A stretch of DNA of 64,000 bases from an uncultured Bacilli bacterium (GCA_947632545.1 CANRPP010000003.1:351-64350), one strand, 5' to 3'; numbered from the stretch's first letter, positions 1-10,097 are shown. Notes: a model not told the origin generated them from the letters alone. A program made the numbers and translations.

Positions 1-357
1 AAAGACAAAACAATTATTAAAGAAATTGATGATGATTTTAGTGATTTAAATCATTTTGAATTTAATGACAAATTATCAAAAATCGATGATGAAATATTTA
101 AAATATTAGATGATAATGAAAAATTGTTAAAAAGTAATAAAATATCTAAAATTATTGATGAATTTAATGATAATGAAGATGATTTAGTTGCATCTATTAA
201 ATTTTATAATGATACTGTTGTTGATTTTAATAAATTGATTGTTTCTTTCCCATCAAATATTATTAGATTTATTTTTAGATATAAAAAGAAAAAATTTTAT
301 AATCATGAAAAAAGACAAATGTATGAAATATTAAAAGAAGATAACAAGAAGGAGTAA
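1..357 (+). CDS. LemA family protein, C-terminal part (5' end lies outside the window)
   Basis: Frame 1 is open from base 1 to the stop at 355-357. The C-terminal YNDTVVDFNKLIVSFPSNIIRFIF resembles the conserved LemA YN..V..YN..I..FP.N block. Confidence 0.6.
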   Translation, partial: KDKTIIKEIDDDFSDLNHFEFNDKLSKIDDEIFKILDDNEKLLKSNKISKIIDEFNDNEDDLVASIKFYNDTVVDFNKLIVSFPSNIIRFIFRYKKKKFYNHEKRQMYEILKEDNKKE

Positions 358-359
358 TT

Positions 360-1355
360 ATGAGTTTTATTGATAATATTAAAGAACGTGCCAAAAAAGA
401 TATTAAGACAATCGTACTTCCTGAATCAATGGATTCTAGAGTTATAGAAGCTACATCTATTATAATTAAAGAAGGTATTGCTAATATAATTATTATTGGT
501 AATAAAGAAGAAATTACAAATAACTTTCCTGATTATGATATTAGTGGTTCTACTATAATTGATCCTAAAAATTCAGATATTACTGAAAAATTAATTAATA
601 AATTTGTTGATATTAGAAAAAATAAGGGTATGACATATGATGAAGCAAAAGAAATTATTTTAAATGATAATATGTATTATGCTTGTATGCTTGTAAAAAT
701 GGGATACGCTGATGGTGTTGTTAGTGGAGCATGCCACTCTACTGCTAATACGTTAAGACCTTCTTTACAAATTATAAAAACTAAAGAAAATGCTTCTCTA
801 GTTTCTGCGTTTTTCTTAATGGTTGTACCTAATTGTTGTTATGGTGAAAACGGAATATTTGTTTTTGCTGATTGCGGATTAGAACAAAATCCTACTTCTG
901 ATAAACTTGCATCTATTGCAGCAAGCTCTGCTGAAAGTTTTAAATTATTAGTAGAAAAAGAACCTATGGTTGCAATGCTTTCACATTCTACAGTTGGGTC
1001 TGCCAAGCATAATGATGTTGATAAAGTTGTAGCTGCTTTAAATATTGCAAAGGAAAAATTTCCACAATATAAAATTGATGGAGAGTTTCAGTTAGATGCT
1101 GCTATTGTACCTAGTATTGCTAAAAGTAAAGCTCCAAATAGTGAAGTAGCAGGACGTGCTAATGTTTTAGTTTTTCCAGATTTAGATGCAGGTAACATTG
1201 GATATAAATTAGTACAAAGACTTGCTAAAGCGGAAGCTTATGGACCAATATGTCAAGGTATTGCTGCACCTATTAATGATTTATCTAGAGGTTGCTCAAC
1301 AAAAGATATTGTAGGAGTTGTTGCAATAACAGCTGTTCAAGCACAAAATAATTAA
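360..1355 (+). CDS. pta: phosphate acetyltransferase
   Basis: 331 aa. N-terminal IVLPES.D.RV.EA and C-terminal VLVFPDLDAGNIGYKLVQRLA...GP..QG are typical of short-form Pta. SD sequence AGGAG lies upstream. Confidence 0.9.
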   Translation: MSFIDNIKERAKKDIKTIVLPESMDSRVIEATSIIIKEGIANIIIIGNKEEITNNFPDYDISGSTIIDPKNSDITEKLINKFVDIRKNKGMTYDEAKEIILNDNMYYACMLVKMGYADGVVSGACHSTANTLRPSLQIIKTKENASLVSAFFLMVVPNCCYGENGIFVFADCGLEQNPTSDKLASIAASSAESFKLLVEKEPMVAMLSHSTVGSAKHNDVDKVVAALNIAKEKFPQYKIDGEFQLDAAIVPSIAKSKAPNSEVAGRANVLVFPDLDAGNIGYKLVQRLAKAEAYGPICQGIAAPINDLSRGCSTKDIVGVVAITAVQAQNN

Positions 1356-1381
1356 AAATATCCACAAAATTGTGGATATTT
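1356..1381. terminator. bidirectional hairpin between convergent pta and the 1410-3011 gene
   Basis: 11-bp perfect stem AAATATCCACA/TGTGGATATTT with a 4-nt loop. An A-run lies on the left and T residues on the right. Confidence 0.55.
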
Positions 1382-1409
1382 CAGACTATTGACAAAAGTT
1401 AATAGTTTT

Positions 1410-3011
1410 TTATTTGTAAGCATATATAAATTTATGTATCTCTAATTGTTTATCCGATTTATCATATTTCATTGCATATATTTCATAATTTCCTGAAGCT
1501 TCTGGTAAAGTATTATATTGACCAGTTGTTTTATTATAAATAGAATAATAGGCATCTTTATCAGATCTAAATTGTGATGGTATTAATATTTTTAATTCTG
1601 ACTTTATTTCTTTACTTAAAATCCAGTTATTACTTGTTTCAATACTATTTACTAAATTACTAACGTCCTCTTTATAATAATAAGCATTTATTATTGTATA
1701 GTTAGTTTTATCTTCATCAAAATATGTTCCCCAATCTTGAATTTCAAGTTCTCCATTGTCTGGAAGTTTTGCATCTATTATCGTTTTATATTTATATAAT
1801 TTACTATAATCTTGTTCAAAGGTTGGAAATAAACAAAAAGAACCATACATTAATAATGTAACGCCAATTATAAATCCACTAATGATATTTTTAGTACATT
1901 GAAATCCCGCATTTTTGTATTTAAAGCCAAGAATAATTGATAATAGTGGAACTGGTAGCCAACACCAAAATACCCAGGTATTTTTAGTGAAATTGAATCC
2001 TTGTTGGGGATTAATTTTATCAATTAAGTTCATCGTCCATATTGCTCCTAAAAAACTACATATTGTTATAATAAATAATATAAACATAAACTTTTTAATA
2101 AACTCAGGATTATGATACTTTTTAACACCTTTAAATTTAGATTTATCACCAAGATGATTTTCTAAATTACTGAATTTTTTTCTGATAAAACTTATTAGTT
2201 CTAAATCACACGAATTTTTTTGAATGATTATTATTTTATTCAGCTTACCAAATTTTAAATAAAAGTTTGTATCACTTTCAACACAGCGATCTATCTCATT
2301 GTAGTTAATTTTTATAGTTTCTATTTTACCTTGTCTTATGAAATAGTCATCATAAAATTCAGTATGAATTTCAGTATTAACGATTCCTTTTTTTTGTATT
2401 GAATTAAATTCCTTTTCTGAAAAATATTCTAATCTAACTTTATATAGTATCATTAAAAATATTTGATATACTACAAGGAATATTAATGTAGTAAGTAAAT
2501 TTTTAGAGAAAATTGCTATTATTGAAGTAATTATCAAATTAAGTATTGTTCCCCTAATTACATAAGACCAATATATTTGTGGAAAATATTTAGTCATTTT
2601 CTTATATTCATATGCGTCTAATATACTTTCACATGTATATAAACATTTATTATTTACTTTTTTCTTTGTTTTCTTTGGCATTTCTTCCTTATTTTTTTCA
2701 GGTGTAACTACTATTTTTTCTTCAGGCTTTATTATATATTGAACTTCTTTAACCTTTTTGATTTTTGGCTTATTATTTTTTACTTCATTAAAGATTAGTG
2801 CTATTACAAATGAAATAGTAAACCATAAAATTAGTATAATTATCATTCCTTCAAAAAAATCAATCCAAGTTGTAGGTTCTTCACCAGGCTCATCGGGCAA
2901 AAACATACCATATATTGCCATTAATGATATGCAGATTGAAGGAATTGAAAATAGTTTCCAAAAGAAGCTACTTTTAAAAATTTTATCTTGTTTATTTGTT
3001 TTTTTACTCAT
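1410..3011 (-). CDS. polytopic membrane protein of unknown function (central YcxB-like soluble module is possible)
   Basis: 533-aa ORF with an SD sequence (GAGGTGATAATATG on the minus strand). Several hydrophobic segments flank two soluble regions. I recognise no catalytic motifs. Confidence 0.6.
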   Translation of the reverse strand: MSKKTNKQDKIFKSSFFWKLFSIPSICISLMAIYGMFLPDEPGEEPTTWIDFFEGMIIILILWFTISFVIALIFNEVKNNKPKIKKVKEVQYIIKPEEKIVVTPEKNKEEMPKKTKKKVNNKCLYTCESILDAYEYKKMTKYFPQIYWSYVIRGTILNLIITSIIAIFSKNLLTTLIFLVVYQIFLMILYKVRLEYFSEKEFNSIQKKGIVNTEIHTEFYDDYFIRQGKIETIKINYNEIDRCVESDTNFYLKFGKLNKIIIIQKNSCDLELISFIRKKFSNLENHLGDKSKFKGVKKYHNPEFIKKFMFILFIITICSFLGAIWTMNLIDKINPQQGFNFTKNTWVFWCWLPVPLLSIILGFKYKNAGFQCTKNIISGFIIGVTLLMYGSFCLFPTFEQDYSKLYKYKTIIDAKLPDNGELEIQDWGTYFDEDKTNYTIINAYYYKEDVSNLVNSIETSNNWILSKEIKSELKILIPSQFRSDKDAYYSIYNKTTGQYNTLPEASGNYEIYAMKYDKSDKQLEIHKFIYAYK

Positions 3012-3095
3012 ATTATCACCTCATAATAGATAAGTTATTTTTCTATTTAATTATACCAAATAGTAAAAAGATTATTAATTTCAAGTAATGATATT

Positions 3096-3758
3096 TTATT
3101 CAACTCTCCAATCAATTTCTTTTAATCCTTTTGATTTTAAAAAGTTATTTGTTTTAGAAAATGGTTTACTTCCAAAAAATCCATTACGTGCAGAATAAGG
3201 TGATGGATGGGCACTTTCTATTACATAATGAATTTTATTTGTAATTAAGTCCTTTTTGCTTTTAGCAAAACTTCCCCATAATATAAATACTATAGGTGTA
3301 TCTTTTTGATTTAAAATTTTTATAACTTCATCAGTAAAAGTTTCCCAGCCTTTACTTTTATGTGAGGCTGGTTTTTTTGATTCTACAGTTAATACCGTAT
3401 TTAAAAGTAAGACTCCTTCTCTTGCCCATGGTATTAATGAATTATTAGTTGGAAAGGGAATATTTAAATCATCATTTAACTCTTTAAATATATTTTGAAG
3501 TGAAGGTGGTTTTCTCACACAGTTTTTTACTGAAAAAGATAAACCTTCAGCTTGATTTTCTCCATGATATGGGTCTTGTCCTAAAATAACAACTTTAGTA
3601 TCCTTATAACTAGTAAATCTAAAGGCATTAAATATTTCTCCCTTTTTGGGATAGATAGTTTTATTTTTATATTCATCATTTATAAAGAATATTAATTCTT
3701 TAAAATAGTCTTTTTCATATTCTTTTTCTAAATATATATCCCAATCATTACCTATCAT
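3096..3758 (-). CDS. ung: uracil-DNA glycosylase
   Basis: 220 aa with GQDPYHG, the PPSL.NI box and HPSP motifs of family-1 UDG. Confidence 0.92.
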   Translation of the reverse strand: MIGNDWDIYLEKEYEKDYFKELIFFINDEYKNKTIYPKKGEIFNAFRFTSYKDTKVVILGQDPYHGENQAEGLSFSVKNCVRKPPSLQNIFKELNDDLNIPFPTNNSLIPWAREGVLLLNTVLTVESKKPASHKSKGWETFTDEVIKILNQKDTPIVFILWGSFAKSKKDLITNKIHYVIESAHPSPYSARNGFFGSKPFSKTNNFLKSKGLKEIDWRVE

Positions 3759-3773
3759 AGTATCACTCCATTT

Positions 3774-4229
3774 TTATTTATGATAACTTTCATTATTTAA
3801 TATTTTAAATGCTCTATAGATTTGCTCTAGTAGGATTACTCTAAATAATTGATGAGGAAAAGTCAATTTTGAAAATGAAAGTTTATAATTAGAAATTTCT
3901 TTTATTTTATCTGATAAGCCATAACTACCACCAATTATAAAAGTTATATTACTATTTATATTTAAAATATTATCTATTTTCTTTGCAAATTCTAGTGATG
4001 ATATTTCTATTCCTTCTATTTCTAATGTTACTATATAATCTTTTTCATTGATATATTTCATTATTTTTAAAGCTTCAAGTTCTTTATTTTTTTCTTCTTC
4101 ATAAGTTGTTTCATCTTGTACTTCTATTAATTCTAATTTTGTATATTTGCTTAATCTTTTTCTATATTCATCTATAGCATCCTTTAAATATTTTTCTTTT
4201 ATTTTCCCTACTGTTATTAATTTAATCAT
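3774..4229 (-). CDS. rlmH: 23S rRNA (pseudouridine1915-N3)-methyltransferase
   Basis: 151 aa (shorter than the ~159 aa typical). The N-terminus VGKIKEKYLKDAIDEYRKRL and the C-terminus FSKLTFPHQL.RVIL.EQIYRA are typical SPOUT RlmH. Confidence 0.9.
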   Translation of the reverse strand: MIKLITVGKIKEKYLKDAIDEYRKRLSKYTKLELIEVQDETTYEEEKNKELEALKIMKYINEKDYIVTLEIEGIEISSLEFAKKIDNILNINSNITFIIGGSYGLSDKIKEISNYKLSFSKLTFPHQLFRVILLEQIYRAFKILNNESYHK

Positions 4230-4230
4230 A

Positions 4231-4986
4231 TTATACCTCTATAAGTTCTGTTTCTTTATCTTGTTCTGCGATTAATAGTTTTATATTTTTATCTTGTAAT
4301 ACAATACTTGATTCTTTATATGCTAAATCTTTTGTATTATTTTTTTCACTTATATGGGCTAAAACTACATATTTGGTATTGTTAGTAGTTATCTTTTTTA
4401 AGTAACTAGCTGTAGTTTTATTTGATAGATGGCCTCTATCACTTATTACTCTTTCTTTTAAAAATCTAGGATAGGGTCCATCCATTAACATAGCTTCGTC
4501 ATGATTACTTTCTATAACATATATATTTTTATCTTCCATTTTCTTTAAATATTTTCTATTGATATATCCTGTATCTGTTACATATACTAGAGTTTTATTT
4601 TTATATTCTATAATATATCCTACTGAAATATCTGTATCATGTGAGGTATGAATTAATTCTATAAATACATCGCTTATATTAAACTTATCTTCTATAAAAA
4701 TACATCTTTCTTTTGGGATTATATCAGATAATTCTTTATACATATCTTCTGGTATATATACTTTTATATCAGTTTGTTTTATAAAAGTAGTTAAACCTTT
4801 TATGTGATCTACATGGCTATGGGTAATTAATATTCCTGTAATTTCATTTATAGTTGTATTATTTAATTCTAAATGATTAATTAATCTTGAATAAGTGATT
4901 CCTATATCTATAAGTAATTTTGTATTATCACATATTACTAATGTACTATTTCCTTTAGAACCACTTGCTAAAACTCTTATTTTCAT
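4231..4986 (-). CDS. MBL-fold metallo-hydrolase (YycJ/WalJ-like)
   Basis: 251 aa with THSHVDH metal motif and N-terminal VLASGSKGNS, as in YycJ-type beta-lactamase-fold proteins. Its start overlaps the upstream stop by 1 nt. Confidence 0.8.
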   Translation of the reverse strand: MKIRVLASGSKGNSTLVICDNTKLLIDIGITYSRLINHLELNNTTINEITGILITHSHVDHIKGLTTFIKQTDIKVYIPEDMYKELSDIIPKERCIFIEDKFNISDVFIELIHTSHDTDISVGYIIEYKNKTLVYVTDTGYINRKYLKKMEDKNIYVIESNHDEAMLMDGPYPRFLKERVISDRGHLSNKTTASYLKKITTNNTKYVVLAHISEKNNTKDLAYKESSIVLQDKNIKLLIAEQDKETELIEV

Positions 4987-6497
4987 TAGTATAAACCTGC
5001 TGGATTTAGGGCACGTCCACTTCTATATGGATAACCTGTCCAAAGAGAGAAATGTAGATGTACTCCTGTTGCATTTCCTGTTTTACCCATTCCACCTATT
5101 ACTTGTCCTTTAGTAACATTAGCACCTGTAGAAACTCTAATACAACCTTTACACATATGAGCATACATTGTAAAGTATCCATTATGATGATCAATAAGTA
5201 CAGCATAACCACTACCATTAAATATACCTGGACCTGCCGCTACTACTGTTCCACTTTGAGCAGCAAATATATTAGATCCATATCCACATCCTGATATATC
5301 CATACCATCATGCAAACTTCCCCAACGATAACCAAAACCAGATGATACAGTAGCACATGATGCTGGCCAGCCCCACTGTCCTCGTGTTGCAATTACTTGA
5401 CCATATCCTGGAACATTTTCTGGAAGTGATGATTGGTCTCGTCCACCTTTTACTACAATCTCTTTTATTGGAGATGATAATTCTTCTGTTGATACTGTAA
5501 CAACATTAGTTGTTTCTCCATTAACTTTTTGAATTTTTTGAGTAACTCTTTTTTTACCTTTTACACCTGCTTGTTCTACTGCACTATAATTTCTAGATTT
5601 TGAAGGATCATATTTAACTTCTGTTTCGTAATTAACTTCTTCATCTTTTACTATATGATCTTCTTCTATTAAATCAAATTGCGGATGTAATATTCCTATA
5701 GTTACTTGTTCTCCTTCAAATAATAAACTATTTTTATCTTTAAAGTCTGTATTTGCAATTAAAAATTCTTCTGTTGAAATTTTATTATTAAAAGCAACAT
5801 CCTCTATAGTATCTCCTGATTTTACTGTATATTTTTGTTGTTCTTCTGTTGTACCAAATAATAATATCTTACTTACATCTTCTGAAGTTTGATATATTTC
5901 TTTATCAACAGGCACTTTATTTTCTTTAATACTTATTTTATTTTTTATATATAAATTTTCTATAATTGATCCAGTATCTTTTATTTCCTTTTGAGTATTT
6001 TGTTCATAATCATCATATTTTTCTTTTGTTATAAATGATTGAACTGTTTTAGTAACTGCATCTTTAAAGACATTTTTATCTAGTACATATATATTTACAT
6101 CTTTTGTTTTTGTTGTTTGTCCTTCATTATTAGATTTTGTTATACCTTTTATTGTTATAGTGTAACCATTAATTGTAAATGGAGATATATGTTCTATTTT
6201 TTTATAAATATCTTTAATTGAAGTAATTTTCTCATTATAAGTAACTTCTTTTGTAATATCTAAATCATCTGGAGCATAAACCTTATCAACATTATATTTC
6301 TTTTTTATATGATTTTGTTTTTGGTCAATATAATTTTCTAAACTTTCTTTATTTTTTATTAATCCTATAGATTTACCTTTTAAGTAAACTCTATAAACTT
6401 CTTGTGGCTCTTTAACTTGTTTTATATCTTCAAAACTTATTAATAAAAAACTTATTATTCCTGCGATAAGGACATAAATAATAGTTCTAAGATTCAT
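4986..6497 (-). CDS. M23 family metallopeptidase with N-terminal anchor, LysM-like and G5-like modules
   Basis: 503 aa. Has an N-terminal TM helix, YTVKSGDTIEDVA (LysM-like), a G5-like block before VVKGGRD, and the C-terminal HDGMDI...GVHLHFSLW M23 signature. Confidence 0.85.
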   Translation of the reverse strand: MNLRTIIYVLIAGIISFLLISFEDIKQVKEPQEVYRVYLKGKSIGLIKNKESLENYIDQKQNHIKKKYNVDKVYAPDDLDITKEVTYNEKITSIKDIYKKIEHISPFTINGYTITIKGITKSNNEGQTTKTKDVNIYVLDKNVFKDAVTKTVQSFITKEKYDDYEQNTQKEIKDTGSIIENLYIKNKISIKENKVPVDKEIYQTSEDVSKILLFGTTEEQQKYTVKSGDTIEDVAFNNKISTEEFLIANTDFKDKNSLLFEGEQVTIGILHPQFDLIEEDHIVKDEEVNYETEVKYDPSKSRNYSAVEQAGVKGKKRVTQKIQKVNGETTNVVTVSTEELSSPIKEIVVKGGRDQSSLPENVPGYGQVIATRGQWGWPASCATVSSGFGYRWGSLHDGMDISGCGYGSNIFAAQSGTVVAAGPGIFNGSGYAVLIDHHNGYFTMYAHMCKGCIRVSTGANVTKGQVIGGMGKTGNATGVHLHFSLWTGYPYRSGRALNPAGLY

Positions 6498-7848
6498 TTT
6501 TTACAGCTCCTTTTTCTTCTTTTCTTAAACTTAAGAATGTTGAGGTATTCTTTTTAAATAATAATTCTATGGTTGCAGTTGGTCCATTACGATGTTTTCC
6601 AATTATTAATTCACTTATACTAGAGTTATCTTCTCTTCTTGCTTCTTTATTATAATAATCATCTCTATATAAGAATGATACTATATCAGCATCTTGTTCA
6701 ATAGAACCTGATTCACGTAAATCACTCATTATTGGTCTTTTATCTTCTCTTGATTCTACACTACGTGAAAGTTGCGCTAAAGCAACTACTGGAACATGTA
6801 ATTCCATTGCAAGAGTTTTAAGACTTCTTGATATATCAGATACTTCTTGTTGTCTATTGGCACCATAATTTTTTCCTCCTGATATTAGTTGAAGGTAATC
6901 TATTATTACTATTCCTAGTCCTTTATCACTACTTGCTAGACGTCTACATTTGGCTCTTATCTCACCTATAGTAACACCTGGTGTATCATCTATAAAAAGA
7001 TTAGTATCTGAAAGTTGAGCACTTGCTTCATTTACTCTTTTCCAATCTGTATTTAATAAGTTTCCTGTTCTTAATTTATAACCATCAATTTGTCCTAGTG
7101 ATGATAAAATTCTTAATGCTAATTGCTCTGCACCCATTTCTAAATTAAATAAAGCAACTGACTTTGATGTATTCATTGCTATATGTGTAGCCATATTAAG
7201 AGCAAAGGCAGTTTTACCCATAGCAGGACGTGCTGCAATTATTATAAATTCATTTTCATGAAGGCCAGCAGTTAATTTATCAAAATCATACCATCCTGTT
7301 GCAAGTCCTGTTATTTCTCCTTTTTGTTCTGCTAATTTTTCTAAATCACTTTCTGTTTTTGCTAATACTTCTTTTATTGTTTTAAATTCACTTGATCTTC
7401 TATTTTTTACTATATTTAATATTTTCTTTTCAGCATCGTCTAATGTCTCATTTACATTTTCACTACTATTATACCCTTCACTTGCAATATCTGTTGCTGT
7501 TTGGATTAATCTTCTAAGTATTGCAGTATCTTCTACAGTTTTAATATAGTAATCTATATTAGATGCAGTAGGTACAAAATTTAATACTTCTGTTAGATAT
7601 TCTACTCCACCTACTTCACTTAATAAATTTTTATTTTTTAAATCACTTGTTACTGTTGTTAAATCAATAGGAATTTTATTATCCATAAGAGATGATAATG
7701 AAGAAAATATTTTAGCATTTTTTTCACTATAAAAAGACTCTTCTGATAATACTTCACAAGCTTTTTGTAGGGCATATTTTGATAGAAAACATGCTCCTAA
7801 TACTGATTCCTCTGCTTCTAAATTATTTGGTAATGACTTTACTGCCAT
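6487..7848 (-). CDS. dnaB: replicative DNA helicase (DnaB family; called DnaC in B. subtilis)
   Basis: 453 aa. N-terminal PNNLEAEESVLGA, Walker A ARPAMGKTAFAL, and IDYLQLI and SGSIEQDAD boxes. Confidence 0.95.
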   Translation of the reverse strand: MAVKSLPNNLEAEESVLGACFLSKYALQKACEVLSEESFYSEKNAKIFSSLSSLMDNKIPIDLTTVTSDLKNKNLLSEVGGVEYLTEVLNFVPTASNIDYYIKTVEDTAILRRLIQTATDIASEGYNSSENVNETLDDAEKKILNIVKNRRSSEFKTIKEVLAKTESDLEKLAEQKGEITGLATGWYDFDKLTAGLHENEFIIIAARPAMGKTAFALNMATHIAMNTSKSVALFNLEMGAEQLALRILSSLGQIDGYKLRTGNLLNTDWKRVNEASAQLSDTNLFIDDTPGVTIGEIRAKCRRLASSDKGLGIVIIDYLQLISGGKNYGANRQQEVSDISRSLKTLAMELHVPVVALAQLSRSVESREDKRPIMSDLRESGSIEQDADIVSFLYRDDYYNKEARREDNSSISELIIGKHRNGPTATIELLFKKNTSTFLSLRKEEKGAVKNES

Positions 7849-7858
7849 ATAATCACCT

Positions 7859-8299
7859 CTATTTTATTACGTGAATATTTACTTCTGCATAAATATCGCT
7901 ATATAAATTAATTATTACTTTATGATATCCTAATGACGTTATACTGGATTGTAGTTCTATTTGTTTTTTATCTATTTTATACCCTTTTTGTTCTAGTGCT
8001 TCTTTTATTTGCTTTGGACTAATACTACCGAATACTTTATCATCTTTTCCAGTTTTTACTTTAAATTCTAATTGTTCTTTTTCTAGCTCTTTTTTTAATT
8101 TTTCTGCTAATTTTCTATTTTCTTGATTTTGCTTTTCTTCACGAGCTTTTTCATGTTGTAAGTTATTCATATTTTTTTCATTAACAGGGACTGCATAACC
8201 ATTCTTTATTAAAAAATTTTTAGCATAACCATCAGCTACTGTTTTGATATCACCTTTTTTGCCTTGTTTTCTTAAATCTTTAATAAAGATTACTTGCAT
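7859..8299 (-). CDS. rplI: 50S ribosomal protein L9
   Basis: MQVIFIKDLRKQGKKGDIKTVADGYA is the typical L9 N-terminus. I prefer the ATG at 8299 (SD GAAGGTGA 5 nt upstream) over the ORF-track GTG at 8308, which sits inside the SD. Confidence 0.9.
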   Translation of the reverse strand: MQVIFIKDLRKQGKKGDIKTVADGYAKNFLIKNGYAVPVNEKNMNNLQHEKAREEKQNQENRKLAEKLKKELEKEQLEFKVKTGKDDKVFGSISPKQIKEALEQKGYKIDKKQIELQSSITSLGYHKVIINLYSDIYAEVNIHVIK

Positions 8300-8300
8300 T

Positions 8301-9290
8301 TTATTCACCTTCTTGTTTCTTTATTGCTTTTTTAAGTATTTCTTCTACATCACTTATACTTTGTTTTTCAAATTTAGCAGCGCCATTATAGTCATCACCG
8401 CCACCACCTATCTTATTTAAGATAGATTCTATATCATAATTACCTAGGCTTCTACCACTTACACCTATTGTATCTTTTCCTATCTTTCCTACTACAAATG
8501 AGGCTTCTATATCATTAAAGAATAAAAGTGTATCTGCTATTTTAGCTAAATCCTCTCTTCTATATATAGTATATGGTGTTGCTTTAGTAAAAGCAATTTT
8601 ATCATTTATGATTTCTATTCTACTTAATAATTTTTGTCTTTCTGTATATTCTAATAAATCTTGTTTTAAAAGATATTGTACTTTTTTTGCAGATGCTCCA
8701 AGAGATGCTAGATAGTATGCTGTATAATAAGTATTAGCAGTTGTTTTTAACATAAAATTATTTGTATCTAATACTATACCAGATAATAGCACAGTAGCAT
8801 AATAAGAATCTATTTCTGCATCATATGTTTCTAATAAATTAGTTACCATTTCACAAGTACTTGATGCTTTATCATCTAATACTATAAATGCATCTTTGAT
8901 ACTTGTTTTTCCTAAAGCATGATGATCTATTATTACTTTTTCTTTAATATGTTTTAAAACACTTTCGCTTTGTACTAAATCTTTTTTTGTTGTATCTAAT
9001 ATTAATAATAGATTCTTTGATTCTCTTTTATGAAGATTTTTTTCTACCTCACTACTTTTTATTATAGTTAAGCATCCTTCTAATTCCTTTAATATTTTTT
9101 CTACACCTAATTCATGTTTAGTATCATCTATAATTAAAAAGCAATTTTTCTTTTTATTCTTTAAAATTATATACATACCAATTGAGCTTCCTAAAGCATC
9201 TAAATCTAGATCTTTATGTGCCATAATAAATATATTTTTTGCTTTTTTAAATTTTTTTGTTAATTTCTTTTTATTTTCAATTATTACCAT
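8301..9290 (-). CDS. DHH/DHHA1 family phosphoesterase (stand-alone catalytic half at the gdpP/yybT position)
   Basis: 329 aa. DHH motifs AHKDLDLDALGS, IIDHH and a glycine motif GGGGDDYNGAA. It sits directly upstream of rplI-dnaB, as yybT does in Bacillus. Confidence 0.8.
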   Translation of the reverse strand: MVIIENKKKLTKKFKKAKNIFIMAHKDLDLDALGSSIGMYIILKNKKKNCFLIIDDTKHELGVEKILKELEGCLTIIKSSEVEKNLHKRESKNLLLILDTTKKDLVQSESVLKHIKEKVIIDHHALGKTSIKDAFIVLDDKASSTCEMVTNLLETYDAEIDSYYATVLLSGIVLDTNNFMLKTTANTYYTAYYLASLGASAKKVQYLLKQDLLEYTERQKLLSRIEIINDKIAFTKATPYTIYRREDLAKIADTLLFFNDIEASFVVGKIGKDTIGVSGRSLGNYDIESILNKIGGGGDDYNGAAKFEKQSISDVEEILKKAIKKQEGE

Positions 9291-9392
9291 AACTTCCTCC
9301 TAGATACTTTTCCCCATAGTAATTATATAATATTTTAAAAGTTTTGTCGATACTAGACATAATAAAAGAGATTGAAATTTCAACCCCTAGTA

Positions 9393-9608
9393 TTATCTTG
9401 TATAAGGTAAATATGCAACTGAACGTGCTCTTTTTATTTCTCTTGCAATATGTCTTTGATGACGTGCACAAGTTCCTGTTACTCTTCTTGGTAATATTTT
9501 ACCTTTTTCATTTATATATCTTTTTAATGTTTCTGGATCTTTATAACTAATTGTTTTTCCAGTACACATTGCACATACTTTTCTTTTCTTTCCGTAAAAA
9601 CCTGCCAT
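9393..9608 (-). CDS. rpsR: 30S ribosomal protein S18
   Basis: 71 aa. I.YKD...L.RYI...GKILPRR.TG.CA..QR....EIKRAR is typical S18. Confidence 0.95.
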   Translation of the reverse strand: MAGFYGKKRKVCAMCTGKTISYKDPETLKRYINEKGKILPRRVTGTCARHQRHIAREIKRARSVAYLPYTR

Positions 9609-9623
9609 ATTTATCTCCCTTCT

Positions 9624-10097
9624 TTAAAATGGTAATTCATCATCACTTATTTCTATGCTTGACCCAAAATCTGCGAAAGGATTACTATCTACATCAGTTC
9701 CTTTTGTATCAGGAGCCTTATCAAAATCATATGGAGTTGGCCCTTCATTAGAATTATCCGAACTATTTCCAGAATTTGATGCTTTAGTTCCTAAAAACTC
9801 AACATTATCTGCAACTACTTCAGTAACATATCGTCTATTTCCATCTTTATCATCATATGAACGTGTTTGAAGACGACCATCTACTGCAACTTGGCTTCCT
9901 TGTTGAATATAATTTTTTACATTTTCTGCTTGTTTTCTCCATACAACTATGTTTATAAAATCTGCTTCTCTTTCACCTGCTTGATTTGTAAAATTTCTAT
10001 TTACTGCAAGTGTAAATGACGCTACTGGAGTGTTACTACCAGTATATCTTAATTCTGGATCTCTTGTTAGTCTACCTATTAAAAATACTTTATTCAT
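9624..10097 (-). CDS. ssb: single-stranded DNA-binding protein
   Basis: 157 aa. N-terminus [18 protein letters not shown] forms the OB fold; the acidic tail ends DDELPF. Confidence 0.95.
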   Translation of the reverse strand: MNKVFLIGRLTRDPELRYTGSNTPVASFTLAVNRNFTNQAGEREADFINIVVWRKQAENVKNYIQQGSQVAVDGRLQTRSYDDKDGNRRYVTEVVADNVEFLGTKASNSGNSSDNSNEGPTPYDFDKAPDTKGTDVDSNPFADFGSSIEISDDELPF

